Shown here piece after piece: positions 19,287 to 29,816 of a stretch of 60,870 nucleotides of DNA (position 1 is its first letter; every line of letters starts with the position of its first letter). The notes beneath the pieces are model-generated. The model made no database searches, was not told where the DNA came from, and saw only the letters and a list, made by a program, of their open reading frames with translations. The position numbers and the translations under genes are program-made. The DNA lies in assembly GCA_021805245.1 (NCBI GenBank), contig JAJZFS010000013.1:1-60870 (forward strand), given 5' to 3'. Source of the stretch: Pseudomonadota bacterium. Its GTDB lineage: Bacteria > Pseudomonadota > Alphaproteobacteria > Micavibrionales > UBA2020.

Positions 19287-21634
19287 GATACGTTTTCATC
19301 TTCACGGGCGGCTTTATCGCCCTCTTGTGGGAAAGGCTGTGGCGCCGCTTCTGGCCCGCCGTCACGCTGGTCCTGTTTTACACCGCGCTCGCGCTGTTCG
19401 GCGCGCCACTGCTGTTCGGCGGCGTGTGGCAGCTGCTCTTGCTCGTGCTGTTCGCAGTTGCCCTGGCGGCGGCACTGCTGAAAACCGGCGCGCCGTTCGT
19501 TTTTCCGACCCGCGCGGTCGTCGAGCGGCGGCTGGAGCAGGCCAGCGGCCTTGCGCACCGCCCGCTGCAGGCGCGGCGCGACAAACCCGCGGAAACGCTC
19601 GCGCCGGAGGCCGAACCGTTGTGGCGCAAACATATCGAAAAAGCCGCCGCGGCCGTGGCGCTTCTGAAATTCTACAAGCCGCAGACGGACGTCGCCCGCC
19701 ACGACCGCTGGCGGCTGCGCTATATCGCCCTGTTCTTTTGCGCGCTCGGGCTTCTGGTCGCGCGGCATGACGCGCTGCCGCGCCTGCGCCAGTCTTTCAC
19801 GCCCGACCTCAGCGTTTTGACGGGCGCGCAAACCGTGGCTCTCGATCTCTGGATCGAGCCGCCCGCCTATACGCATGAGGCGACGGTCTTTTTGTCCTCG
19901 GCGGATCAGGGCCTCACGCAGCAGACCGGCCCACTCTCCGTACCCGCCGGAAGCATCCTGAAGCTGCGCCTCGCAGGCTTGCGGTTCGCGCCGCGCGTCA
20001 GTTATGCGGGGCAAAAAATCGCAACGGCGAAAGCCGCGCCGCGCAACTACACTGATGACATGACGTTCCAAAAGAGCGGCACGCTGGTGATCGGCAGCCT
20101 CTTCCGCCGCATCGGCGCATGGCATATCACCGTGCTGCCGGACACGCCGCCGACCGTGAGCATCGAGAAAATCAAGGCGACGTCCTTCGCCGCCGTCCAA
20201 ATCACCTACAAGGCCGACGACGACCACGGCGTCACCAAGCTGACGGGTATCGTCGGCGCGGGCGGCAAGGCCTACACGTTTGCCATGCCGCCGACGACAA
20301 GCAAGGACCCCGTCAGAGATACGGAAGACCTGACGGAAAACACCGCGGCGGGGGAAAAAGCGCTGCTGTGGCTCGATGCGAAGGACGGCGCGGGACATAT
20401 CACCTCCTCCGCGCCCGTCGCCTTTACGCTGCCGGAGCGGCATTTCAACAACCCGCTGGCGCAGCGGATCATCCTCGACCGCAAAATCCTGATTCATACC
20501 CGCAACAAACGCGCACGCGACACCGTCATCAATGATTTTTCGGACATCGCCGAAAATCCGCAGGCCTACAGAGGCGATTTTACTGTCTTTCTGTCTCTCT
20601 CCAGCGCCGCCCACAGGCTGGCCTTCGAACAGAACGACGCAACTCCATCGATCATCAAACTCTTGTGGAACCTCGCGCTGCGTCTTGAAGACGGCGGCGT
20701 GACGCAAGCGCGCCTCGCGCTCGACAAGGCCCTGCAACAGCTCCAGCAGGCGATTGCCGACAAAACCGCCTCGAAGCAGCAAATGCAAAAGCTCCTCGAC
20801 ACCGCGAAACAGGCGATGAAGCAATATCTGGTGGCGCTGACGCGGGAACTGGCGCAAAGGCTCTCGCACGGGACCAACATGCCACATCTTTCGCCGGAGC
20901 TCGCGGCGAAGCTCCTGCAGAACATCGACGTCAGCAAACTGGTCGCGCAAATGCAGGCCCTCTCAGGCGCGAACTCGCTGCAGGACCTGCAAAAAGAAGC
21001 CGCCGCCCTCAAGCATACGCTCGACAGTTTCAACATCGACGAATTCCGGAAGATGCAAGAGCAGCAGGCAAAGGCGCTGCAGGCGCTGCAAAACCTGCAG
21101 GACATCATCCAGCGCCAACAGACCCTGTACGACAAAACGAACGAGACGACGCGCAAGGCCGACTTGAAAAAAGAGCGGCATACGCAAACCGCCATCAGCG
21201 ATGAACTCAAAAAATCGATAGCCAAACTGGGCGACACCGGCGTGACCGTCCCCGAAAGCTTAACCGATGCGCGCGCGGCCATGAAAAAGTCCGCCGACGC
21301 GCTCGGCAAGGCGCAGCGCAATGCCTCGCTCGTGCAGCAAAAGGCCGCGCTCGACGCTCTGAAACAAGGCATCGACAACGCCGCCAAACAAATCTCCAGC
21401 GCGCTGCAGCGCGCCTTTCTGCCCTTCGGCATGATGAGCGGCGGCTACGGTAAGGGGTACGACCCGCTGGGACGCCCCTATGGCCTCGCCGCCGGCACCG
21501 GCGTTAAAATCCCCGACAAAGGCCGCCAGCGCCGCGTGCAGAAGATCATCCAGGAATTGCAGCGCCGCGAGAGCGACCCTGCCCGCAGCAACATCGAGCG
21601 CAACTACGTCAACCGGCTTCTCGAACAATTTTAA
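19283..21634 (+). CDS. DUF4175 / TIGR02302 family membrane protein
   Basis: LLWERLW, WIEPPAYT, DDDHGV, LWNLALRLEDG, DPLGRP; conserved position after lysA. Confidence 0.88.
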   Translation: MRYVFIFTGGFIALLWERLWRRFWPAVTLVLFYTALALFGAPLLFGGVWQLLLLVLFAVALAAALLKTGAPFVFPTRAVVERRLEQASGLAHRPLQARRDKPAETLAPEAEPLWRKHIEKAAAAVALLKFYKPQTDVARHDRWRLRYIALFFCALGLLVARHDALPRLRQSFTPDLSVLTGAQTVALDLWIEPPAYTHEATVFLSSADQGLTQQTGPLSVPAGSILKLRLAGLRFAPRVSYAGQKIATAKAAPRNYTDDMTFQKSGTLVIGSLFRRIGAWHITVLPDTPPTVSIEKIKATSFAAVQITYKADDDHGVTKLTGIVGAGGKAYTFAMPPTTSKDPVRDTEDLTENTAAGEKALLWLDAKDGAGHITSSAPVAFTLPERHFNNPLAQRIILDRKILIHTRNKRARDTVINDFSDIAENPQAYRGDFTVFLSLSSAAHRLAFEQNDATPSIIKLLWNLALRLEDGGVTQARLALDKALQQLQQAIADKTASKQQMQKLLDTAKQAMKQYLVALTRELAQRLSHGTNMPHLSPELAAKLLQNIDVSKLVAQMQALSGANSLQDLQKEAAALKHTLDSFNIDEFRKMQEQQAKALQALQNLQDIIQRQQTLYDKTNETTRKADLKKERHTQTAISDELKKSIAKLGDTGVTVPESLTDARAAMKKSADALGKAQRNASLVQQKAALDALKQGIDNAAKQISSALQRAFLPFGMMSGGYGKGYDPLGRPYGLAAGTGVKIPDKGRQRRVQKIIQELQRRESDPARSNIERNYVNRLLEQF

Positions 21635-21711
21635 TCTTATATTTCAATAAGATATAATAAAAGGCCTGCTTTGACCTATACAGCCCCACCTTAATCATAT
21701 TATGATAAACA

Positions 21712-22749
21712 GTGTCATCCGTTACAGGAGAAAAGCCCGCCTTGCCCACTAGCCCCCCCATCATCGTCTACCATGCGGACTGCATCGACGGCGCAGCCTC
21801 GGCCTGGATCATCGCCAAGGCGCTTGGCGGCGAGGATGCGGCGGCAAAGGACGTGGCCATTTTCATCCCCTATCGTCACAACGACAGCAAAACCGGTGAA
21901 GAGGCCGTCCGCGCCGCGTTGCATACGGACGGCGCGGTCTATTTCGCCGACCTCACGCCGGAGAAACCTTTTCTCGACGAACTGCTCGCCAGCGGAAAAG
22001 ACGTGCATGTTCTCGATCACCACACCAGCGCGGCGGAGACGCTCGGCGGCAGGAAGGGCGCCAACCTGCACACCTGCTTCGATCCCGCCGCGCCTTCCGC
22101 CGCCAAGATGATCTGGACGCATTTTTTCCCCGCCGAAAAACCGCCTGCCGTCATCGGCCTGATCGACCTGATGGACGGTGCCGCGAGCGGGCTTTCCACG
22201 CCGGAAGAATTCGCCGCCGCCGCGCTGATCGACGCGCAAAACATCCACACGCATGAAGACGCCTTCGCCGCCCTGCGCGGTCTTGCGAAACTGAACTTCA
22301 ACGACATGGCAAAAAAAGGCGAGCGCATCGACGCAAAGCACACCCGGCTCATAGACCAGTTATTTGAAAAAGCCGCCGCCGTGCATCTACAGATCCTGCC
22401 GGGCGGGAAATCCTTCGACGTACCCATCGTCAACGGCAACCTCAAAAACTACGGACGGAGAATCTCCGCGCGCCTTGTCGAACTGGGCAGGGCAAACGGC
22501 GCGCCCGCGGCCTTCATGTGGTCGCTGCAGAAGAACGGCGCCGTCAGCCTCTATATCCGCACCGACGGCGACACGGACGCGAACGAGATCGCGAAACATC
22601 TTTGCAAAACGACGGGCGCGACAGGCGGCGGGCATAAGGACGCGGCCGCGGTGCATTTCGCATCCATTCTTGACTTCGCGCGGCATATGCCTATGAAAGC
22701 GCTGAAACAGCCGCCGAAAGTCAGGCGAGAACCGCCTTCACCTTCTTGA
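21712..22749 (+). CDS. DHH/DHHA1-family phosphoesterase with K/R/P-rich tail
   Basis: YHADCIDG, FADL, LDHH, GGGHKDAA; ends KALKQPPKVRREPPSPS. Confidence 0.85.
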   Translation: MSSVTGEKPALPTSPPIIVYHADCIDGAASAWIIAKALGGEDAAAKDVAIFIPYRHNDSKTGEEAVRAALHTDGAVYFADLTPEKPFLDELLASGKDVHVLDHHTSAAETLGGRKGANLHTCFDPAAPSAAKMIWTHFFPAEKPPAVIGLIDLMDGAASGLSTPEEFAAAALIDAQNIHTHEDAFAALRGLAKLNFNDMAKKGERIDAKHTRLIDQLFEKAAAVHLQILPGGKSFDVPIVNGNLKNYGRRISARLVELGRANGAPAAFMWSLQKNGAVSLYIRTDGDTDANEIAKHLCKTTGATGGGHKDAAAVHFASILDFARHMPMKALKQPPKVRREPPSPS

Positions 22750-23083
22750 CGATTTCGTCAAGCGTGAAAGGCTTGCTGATCACCTCCTCGGCGAGGAAAT
22801 CGAGATTGTGCGCGCGCTGGCGCTGGTTGGCGTAGCCGGACATCATCACGATCTTCGTGGCCGGATAATCCTTGGAGACTTTGAGCGCGAGCGCGATGCC
22901 GTCGAGGTCGGGCATGACGATGTCCGTCAGCAGCAGATCGAACTCTTTTTCAGCGAGCGCGGCGAGCGCGGCGTTGCCGTCCGGCACCGACGTCACGTCG
23001 AACCCGCCGTAGCCCAGCGCCCGCACGACGAATTCGCGCACCGAAGGTTCGTCATCCGCCACAAGTATGGTTTTACCGCTCAT
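22721..23083 (-). CDS. cpdR: Single-domain response regulator, CpdR-like
   Basis: ILVADDE, DLLLTDIVMPDLDGIAL, MSGY, ISKPFTL; located between DUF4175 and ftsE like rhizobial cpdR2. Confidence 0.75.
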   Translation of the reverse strand: MSGKTILVADDEPSVREFVVRALGYGGFDVTSVPDGNAALAALAEKEFDLLLTDIVMPDLDGIALALKVSKDYPATKIVMMSGYANQRQRAHNLDFLAEEVISKPFTLDEIVKKVKAVLA

Positions 23084-24045
23084 CGCTGCTTTCCTTTCAC
23101 GCGCAATTCCACCGTGGAACCGGCTGCTGGCGCATTGTCCAGTTTCATCATGACCGGCACGCTGTCGCCGCCGGAGATCTGCGTCACGCCCGTTTTGAGA
23201 TCCCATGACGTGACGACCGCACCGTCCGCGTTCTTTAAAATCACGCCGAGCGGCGGATAGGCGATGTCGTGGTTCGTCATGTTCGCCATTTGTCCGGAGA
23301 TAACAAGCGTTTTCCCCTGATCGTCGATGCGTCTTTCCACCGTGAAGTCGCTGAACTTCAGCCCCTCGCCCGGCACGGGCACATGAAAGCCGAGCGTCTG
23401 ATAGAGCAACGCCGTCGACGGCCAGTGGCGGAGAATCGGATTTTTACCGATGAAGACGACGGAGAGCGTGAGAAAGCTGCAAAACAGAAACACCATGCCG
23501 CCGAAAACGTTCGCGTTCATGCCGAGCGGATTATGCGTAACGATCGGCAGGACGGTCTCCTGCGGCAAGGTTTGTCTCTTCTGTTCCACCGCTTCGCCCT
23601 GATCGACGGCGGGCAGCGCATCGGCAAACGTTTCATCTACGGGCGCCTTTTCGGTCTGCGCCTCTTTGCGCGGCGCACCGGCATCAGGCACGGCTGTTTT
23701 TGCAGCAGCGGCTTTTTTCTTCTTCTCTTCATTCTCGGCGACTGTGGATAAAACCGCCGCGAGCGCCTCGCCGTCTTTTTCGAGAATCGAGCTCAGGTCT
23801 TCCGTTACCGAGCGCGTGCGCGGCACCGTCTGCTGTGCAGGCGATTCTTCCTGCTGCCCCAACGGCTCTTGCGGCCACTCCGGCGATTCTTGTCCGGCCG
23901 CCGCGTCTTCTTCCTCGATTTTCTCTTCAGGAATCTGAAACCACGTATGGCTACAGGAAATGCAACGCACATCCCTGCCCGATGCGCCCAATACGGCAGA
24001 ATTCAGCTTGTATTGCGCCTGACATTTTTGGCACGTCACAATCAT
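23080..24045 (-). CDS. MJ0042-type zinc-ribbon / DUF3426 membrane protein
   Basis: CQKCQAQY...VRCISCSHTW, acidic linker, TM, WP..ALLYQTLG; divergent from ftsE. Confidence 0.85.
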   Translation of the reverse strand: MIVTCQKCQAQYKLNSAVLGASGRDVRCISCSHTWFQIPEEKIEEEDAAAGQESPEWPQEPLGQQEESPAQQTVPRTRSVTEDLSSILEKDGEALAAVLSTVAENEEKKKKAAAAKTAVPDAGAPRKEAQTEKAPVDETFADALPAVDQGEAVEQKRQTLPQETVLPIVTHNPLGMNANVFGGMVFLFCSFLTLSVVFIGKNPILRHWPSTALLYQTLGFHVPVPGEGLKFSDFTVERRIDDQGKTLVISGQMANMTNHDIAYPPLGVILKNADGAVVTSWDLKTGVTQISGGDSVPVMMKLDNAPAAGSTVELRVKGKQR

Positions 24046-24140
24046 ATTTTCAAACCATCCAGCGACCTAAAAAACAGGTAGTATTGCACCATAAAGCAGG
24101 ATAACATGCAAAGTATCACAATGTATAGAGGCAGGGCATT

Positions 24141-24827
24141 ATGGCTTTGGTCAGATTTTCCAATATCGGCTTGCGCTATAGCACAGGCGATGAAGTTCTT
24201 CACGACGTCAGTTTCGAACTGGAGCCCGGCTCTTTTCATTTTCTGACCGGCCCGAGCGGCGCGGGCAAAACCACTCTGATGAAGCTGCTTTACATCGGCC
24301 AGAAGCCCACCCGCGGCGTCATCACCATGATGGGGCGCGATCTCGCGACCGTATCGCCCAAGGCCCTGCCGGAGCTCCGCCGCCAGATCGGCGTGGTCTT
24401 TCAGGATTTCCGCCTGCTGAGTCATCTCTCGGCCTTTGACAACGTGGCGCTGCCGCTACGCGTTTCCGGCGTGAGCGAAAGCGCGATCAAAAAGAACGTC
24501 ACCGAACTTCTCGAATGGGTCGGGCTCGGCGGCAAAATGAACGCCCGCCCGCCGACGCTCTCCGGCGGCGAACAACAACGCATCGCCATGGCCCGTGCCA
24601 TCATCAACCGCCCGAAACTCCTGCTCGCCGACGAACCGACCGGCAACATCGACGAGAACATCGGCATCAAGCTTCTCACCCTCTTCGAAGAGCTGAACCG
24701 CCACGGCACGACAGTCGTCATCGCCACGCACAACGAGGGCCTAGTCCGGCGTTTCCCGCACGACCAGATGCACCTCGAACACGGCGTGCTGGAGATCCGC
24801 AGCAATCCGTCCGCAAAGGCAGCATAA
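24141..24827 (+). CDS. ftsE: Cell division ATP-binding protein FtsE
   Basis: GPSGAGKTT, VFQDFRLL, LSGGEQQR, LLADEPTG. Confidence 0.95.
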   Translation: MALVRFSNIGLRYSTGDEVLHDVSFELEPGSFHFLTGPSGAGKTTLMKLLYIGQKPTRGVITMMGRDLATVSPKALPELRRQIGVVFQDFRLLSHLSAFDNVALPLRVSGVSESAIKKNVTELLEWVGLGGKMNARPPTLSGGEQQRIAMARAIINRPKLLLADEPTGNIDENIGIKLLTLFEELNRHGTTVVIATHNEGLVRRFPHDQMHLEHGVLEIRSNPSAKAA

Positions 24828-24831
24828 AAAA

Positions 24832-25770
24832 ATGTCCCGCAAGCATTTCAACAAAAAATACACCTACGACATCTCCCTCGACGAAGGCGCCGGCGCGCGC
24901 ATGGTCAGCTGGGTCACCGGCCTGATGGTCTTTTTCGCCACGCTGACGCTGGCGCTCAATTTCTCGCTCTCGACGGTGGCGAATGCGTGGATGACTAGTC
25001 TCTCCGGCACGTTGACGGTCGAGATGAAGTCGCCGCTGCTACCGCAGAACGACAAGACCGCGGCGGCGAAGCAACAGCAAAAATTCCAGGCCACCGTGGA
25101 AAACGTCCTCTCCTTCCTCGAAAAAAGCCCCTCGGTCGGCAAGGCGCGCCTGATGACGTCGCCGGAAGTCAAAGGACTGATCGAACCGTGGCTCGGGCAA
25201 AGCGACCAGAACACGGCGCTCGACGCCATTCCCCTGCCGACGCTGATCGACGTCAAGCTCGCGCCCGGCGCCAACATCGCGCAACTGACGAAAAACATCC
25301 GCACCATCGAGCCTTCGGCGCTGGTGGACAGGCAAAGTTCCACACTCAACAACGTCAAGACGCTGGCCGACACGGCTACGCTGTTCATGGTGATCCTGAC
25401 CGGCATCATCGCCCTGCTCGCCGTTGTGACCATCGCCGGCATCGTGCGGTCGAAAATGCTCATTCACAAGTCCGAAGTCGAAACCCTGCACCTGATCGGC
25501 GCCAGCGACGAATATATCGCCCGACAGTTCCGCCAGCATACGTTGCGCGGCACGCTGAAGGGCGCGACCTTCGGCGTCATCTGCACGCTTCTGACCCTGC
25601 TGGCGCTCGGGCATGTGACACATGCTGCCGCCAGCGGCGTTCTCCCCCAGATGAATCTGATGCCCGCACAATGGGCCATGCTCGTGACACTGCCCGCGCT
25701 GACCGGCTGCGTGATCGCCCACCTGACGGCACAGGCGTCCGTCTTGCGGGAACTGGCCAAGTTGCCGTGA
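24832..25770 (+). CDS. ftsX: Cell division permease FtsX
   Basis: 4-TM layout, LIEPWLG, LPTLIDV, ETLHLIGASDEYIARQF; follows ftsE. Confidence 0.9.
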   Translation: MSRKHFNKKYTYDISLDEGAGARMVSWVTGLMVFFATLTLALNFSLSTVANAWMTSLSGTLTVEMKSPLLPQNDKTAAAKQQQKFQATVENVLSFLEKSPSVGKARLMTSPEVKGLIEPWLGQSDQNTALDAIPLPTLIDVKLAPGANIAQLTKNIRTIEPSALVDRQSSTLNNVKTLADTATLFMVILTGIIALLAVVTIAGIVRSKMLIHKSEVETLHLIGASDEYIARQFRQHTLRGTLKGATFGVICTLLTLLALGHVTHAAASGVLPQMNLMPAQWAMLVTLPALTGCVIAHLTAQASVLRELAKLP

Positions 25771-25777
25771 GTCCGCC

Positions 25778-26386
25778 GTGACTGCCGGCCACAAAATCAA
25801 TCCCAAACTCAAAACGGCGCTCGCCGCCGCCGTCCTCCTCGCGCTCGTCGCGCTGGGTGCCGGATTTTTGTCGTTCATCAATACCGTCGCCGCCATGCCG
25901 CTGCCGCAGCAGCCGATGAAAAAGCTTGATGCCATCGTCGTCCTGACGGGCGGCAGCAACCGCATCGACGCCGGCTTCAAACTGCTGCAAGAAGGCTACG
26001 GCAAAAAGCTGTTCATCTCCGGCGTCTACCACGGCCTTGACGTCAAGCAACTGCTGAAACGCTGGAAAGCCGCGCCGCAAAAAAGCCTCGATTGCTGCGT
26101 CGCGCTGGGTTTCCAGGCCGACAACACCTACGGCAACGCCATAGAAACCGCTGCGTGGCTGCGTAAGCAGAAGTTCCATTCCATCTATCTTGTCACCGCC
26201 GACTACCACATGAAGCGCGCGCTGCTGGAATTCCATCACTTCGTTCCGGACGTCGCCATTACGCCCTTTCCGATCGTCCCGGACAACTTCAACGTCCGCG
26301 ACTGGTGGAAATCACCCGCCACCGGCCTGCTGGTGGGGCGTGAATACCTGAAATACGTCGTCACAGACCTCAGGTACCCGTCATGA
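25778..26386 (+). CDS. YdcF/DUF218 family protein
   Basis: DAIVVLTGG..RI, NTYGNA, LVTADYHMKRA, REYLK. Confidence 0.88.
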   Translation: MTAGHKINPKLKTALAAAVLLALVALGAGFLSFINTVAAMPLPQQPMKKLDAIVVLTGGSNRIDAGFKLLQEGYGKKLFISGVYHGLDVKQLLKRWKAAPQKSLDCCVALGFQADNTYGNAIETAAWLRKQKFHSIYLVTADYHMKRALLEFHHFVPDVAITPFPIVPDNFNVRDWWKSPATGLLVGREYLKYVVTDLRYPS

Positions 26387-27126
26387 AAAAAATAACCGAC
26401 ATGATCCGCTCGATCGTTTTCAATATCTTCTTTTTCGCCGGCTCTCTCGGCTGCAGCATTATCCTTCTGCCAATGCTGCTCCTGCCCGAAAGAAAATGCG
26501 CGCAAGTCGTCAGCGACTTTTACGGCGGCTACATGAAGCTGATCGAAAAGTACATCATGGGACTGCGCCTCGAGATCAGGGGGATCGAGAATGTTCCTGC
26601 CAGCGGTGCCTACATCATCGCTGCCAAGCACCAGTCCGCCTTTGAGACGCTCAAGCTGCCCTATATGCGCGATCTCGGTTACCCCGCGATCATCCTCAAA
26701 AAGGAACTGACGCGCATCCCCGTTTGGGGCTGGTTTCCCGCGCGCATGGGGCAGATCGCCATCGACCGCGGCTCGGCCAAGGAAGCGCTCGACTCCATCG
26801 TCTCCGGCTGCGAGAAGAAACTCGCCGAAGGCCGACCGGTCATCATCTTTCCGCAAGGCACGCGCACCGCCGTCGGTGCCAAAAAGCCTTATAAGGCTGG
26901 CATCGCCAAGGTCTATCGCGACGTGCATGTGCCCGTGGTACCCGTGGCGCTCAATTCCGGAGTGTTCTGGGGCAAAAACGCCTTTTTCAAAAAATCCGGC
27001 ACGATCACTTTCGAATTCCTGCCGCCCCTCCCCTCCAACCTGCCGCCACTGCAAATGATGGAACAGCTCGAAAAAGCCATTGAAGAGGCCAGTGACAGGC
27101 TGGTAGCCGAGGCACTACAAAAATAA
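26383..27126 (+). CDS. plsC: 1-acyl-sn-glycerol-3-phosphate acyltransferase
   Basis: KHQSAFET, IFPQGTR, VPVALNSG. Confidence 0.9.
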   Translation: MKKITDMIRSIVFNIFFFAGSLGCSIILLPMLLLPERKCAQVVSDFYGGYMKLIEKYIMGLRLEIRGIENVPASGAYIIAAKHQSAFETLKLPYMRDLGYPAIILKKELTRIPVWGWFPARMGQIAIDRGSAKEALDSIVSGCEKKLAEGRPVIIFPQGTRTAVGAKKPYKAGIAKVYRDVHVPVVPVALNSGVFWGKNAFFKKSGTITFEFLPPLPSNLPPLQMMEQLEKAIEEASDRLVAEALQK

Positions 27127-27253
27127 GGCCGCTATTGCGGTTTTATACTTTAAACCGTTACATAATTCCGCGATTGCTGCATCGCAACAAAGCTTGAAGG
27201 CCTGCACGCTTTGGACTAGAATCTCTCGGTCACAATATTTTTTATGAGCAAAG

Positions 27254-27868
27254 ATGACAAACACCTCCAAAGCGAACATCCTTTCCCGTAAGCTGGAATT
27301 TGACGGCTGGCACAAGCTCGAAACCATCGTCGTCCAGACCGACAGCCTGCGCCATGACGGCAAGGCCGAGCCGATGCAACGGGAACTCTTTCGTTGCCAC
27401 GTCTGCTCCGTCGCCCTGCTCTATCAGCCGGAAACGGACCAGATACTCTTCAACGAACAATTCCGCGTCGGCGCCTTCATGGCGGGCGATGCCAACCCGT
27501 GGCTGATAGAATGCTGCGCGGGTCTCGTCGATGCTGGCGAAACGCCGGAAGAGGCCGTCCGTCGCGAAGCCGTCGAGGAAACCGGCTGCAACATCCTCGA
27601 CCTCGAATTCATCGGCAAATCCTATTCCAGCCCGGGCGCCAGCGACGAAGTGCACATGCTCTACTGCGGGCGCATCGGCAAGGCGGAGGCGGGGCATTTC
27701 GGCCTTGAAGAAGAAGGCGAAGAGATCAAAACGCATCTCATTCCTGCCGTCGAAGCCATTCGCATGCTCGACACGGGCAAAATCGTCAACGGAGCGACGC
27801 TCATCTGCATGAACTGGTTCGCGCGGAACCATGAGCGTCTGCAAAAGAAATGGGGAACAAAAGAATGA
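27254..27868 (+). CDS. nudF: ADP-ribose pyrophosphatase (NudF-like)
   Basis: EQFRVGA, AGLVDAGETPEEAVRREAVEETG, SSPG, GLEEEGEEI. Confidence 0.85.
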   Translation: MTNTSKANILSRKLEFDGWHKLETIVVQTDSLRHDGKAEPMQRELFRCHVCSVALLYQPETDQILFNEQFRVGAFMAGDANPWLIECCAGLVDAGETPEEAVRREAVEETGCNILDLEFIGKSYSSPGASDEVHMLYCGRIGKAEAGHFGLEEEGEEIKTHLIPAVEAIRMLDTGKIVNGATLICMNWFARNHERLQKKWGTKE

Positions 27869-28656
27869 CGGCACTCTTCACCGCAGCAGAACTCAAAGGC
27901 GTCCTGAACAACAAGAATGTCAAAGTCGTGGACGCAAGCTACAACCAGCCGCTGTCCGCGGAGGGCATTCCCGGTGCCATCGATTTCGATATCGACGACA
28001 TCGCCAACAAGGACTCGCATTTCGCCCACACCGTGCCGACGGCGGACGTCTTCGCCGCCAAGGTCGGCGGGCTCGGCATCGGCAACGACGACCTCGTGGT
28101 GGTTTACGACCGCAAAGGCATCTCCATGGCGGCAGCGCGCGCCTGGTGGATGTTCCGCCTGTTCGGCCATGAAAACGTGCGCATCCTCAACGGCGGACTG
28201 CCCGCCTGGACTGCGGCCGGCTTTCCGACGGAGAAAAAAAACGCCGAACCAGAGCCCGTCCCCTACACTGCGAAGACCAACAACGCGCTGCTCAAGCAGG
28301 TCGAGCAAATGGCGGGCAACCTGCTGCGTAAGGAATTCTCAGTGATCGACGCCCGCGACACCGCACGCTTCGAGGCAGGACACATCCCCGATTCGTACAG
28401 CCTGCCTTACACCGGTCTCATCAGCGAAGACGGCACACTGAAGCCCGTTCCCGAGCTTGAAAAAGCCTTCGCGGACGCCCAGGTAGGGTCGCCAAAGGCC
28501 ATCACCTGCAGCTGCGGCAGCGGCGTGACCGCCTGCGTTCTCGCGCTGGCACTCTTCGAAATGAGACACAAGGACGCCGCCGTCTACGACGGCTCGTGGA
28601 CGGAATGGAACGCCCTCTCCATGCTGCCGAAACTGACCGGCAAACGCGCGTCATGA
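27865..28656 (+). CDS. sseA: 3-mercaptopyruvate sulfurtransferase (tandem rhodanese)
   Basis: ARAWWMF, CSCGSGVTAC, VYDGSWTEW. Confidence 0.9.
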   Translation: MTALFTAAELKGVLNNKNVKVVDASYNQPLSAEGIPGAIDFDIDDIANKDSHFAHTVPTADVFAAKVGGLGIGNDDLVVVYDRKGISMAAARAWWMFRLFGHENVRILNGGLPAWTAAGFPTEKKNAEPEPVPYTAKTNNALLKQVEQMAGNLLRKEFSVIDARDTARFEAGHIPDSYSLPYTGLISEDGTLKPVPELEKAFADAQVGSPKAITCSCGSGVTACVLALALFEMRHKDAAVYDGSWTEWNALSMLPKLTGKRAS

Positions 28657-29816
28657 CCGCGCGGCAGGGAAAAACCGGTACGCTGCTCACGCATATCAGC
28701 ACGAACCCGAAAAAATACGACGGTACCGTCAATATTCCCGTACACCGTGCCTCCACGATCGTCTTCAACAGCTTCGAGGAATTTGAACGAAAGCCCAAAC
28801 CGCCGTTCATTTACGGCCGCGCCGGCACGCCGACCAGCGCCGCCTTCGAGCAGGCCATCGCCGCGCTGGAAGGGGCGGAGGGCAGCGTTTCGACCTGCTC
28901 CGGCCTTTCGGCCATCGTCACCGCCATCACCGCCTTCGCGGGGTCCGGCGACCATGTGCTGATCCCCGACAATGCCTACGGGCCGAACCGCAAATTCTGC
29001 GAAAAAATGCTCAGCCATTGCGGCGTCGAGGTAGAATTTTACACGCCGCTCACGCCGGACATCAGCAAACAGTTCCGCAAGAACACCAAGGTTTTGTTTA
29101 TCGAAGCACCCGGCTCGCTCACCTTCGAAGTTTGCGACATCGACGCCTTTGTCTCCGCCGCCAAGGCCGCCAACATCACCACCATCATGGACAACAGCTG
29201 GTCTTCCGCGTTTTTCCTCAAACCGCTGGAACACGGCATCGACGTTTCCGTCATGTCCTGCACGAAATATATCTCCGGCCACTCGGATGCGATGCTCGGC
29301 GTCGTCTCGGGGACGGAAGACGCCTATCACAAGGTCAAAGCCACGGCGCTTGCGCTCGGCCTCTGCGCCGGGTCGGAGGAGCTTTACATCGGCCTGCGCG
29401 GGCTTCGCACCTTGCACATCCGCCTCAAGGAACATCAGGAACGCGGCCTGGAAATGGCACACTGGCTTGAAAAGCGCCCCGAAGTCAAACGCGTGTTGCA
29501 TCCGGCGCTGTCCTCCTGCCCCGGCCATGAAAACTGGAAAAAATATTTCAAAGGCTCTTGCGCCACGTTCAGCGTCGTTCTGCACGAAAGCGATAAAAAG
29601 AAGTTCGCCCGCATGCTCGACGGGCTGGAACTCTTCCACATCGGGGCAAGCTGGGGCGGCTATGAATCGCTCTGCTTCCCCGAGCAGCCCGGCGCCAGCC
29701 GCACCGCCCTGCCGTGGAATGAAGACGGCCTGCTGCTCCGCCTGCACATCGGCTTCGAAGACGTCGAAGACCTGAAAAACGACCTTTCCGAAGGGTTCAA
29801 AAGGCTCGCCGCCTGA
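28653..29816 (+). CDS. metC: Cystathionine beta-lyase
   Basis: VNIPVHRASTI, YGRAGTPT, TKYISGHSD, GASWGGYESL, LRLHIGFE. Confidence 0.9.
   Translation: MTARQGKTGTLLTHISTNPKKYDGTVNIPVHRASTIVFNSFEEFERKPKPPFIYGRAGTPTSAAFEQAIAALEGAEGSVSTCSGLSAIVTAITAFAGSGDHVLIPDNAYGPNRKFCEKMLSHCGVEVEFYTPLTPDISKQFRKNTKVLFIEAPGSLTFEVCDIDAFVSAAKAANITTIMDNSWSSAFFLKPLEHGIDVSVMSCTKYISGHSDAMLGVVSGTEDAYHKVKATALALGLCAGSEELYIGLRGLRTLHIRLKEHQERGLEMAHWLEKRPEVKRVLHPALSSCPGHENWKKYFKGSCATFSVVLHESDKKKFARMLDGLELFHIGASWGGYESLCFPEQPGASRTALPWNEDGLLLRLHIGFEDVEDLKNDLSEGFKRLAA

Noticed and set aside
24085..24101. TGCACCA NtrC-like half site upstream of ftsE
   Set aside because: Second half site does not match
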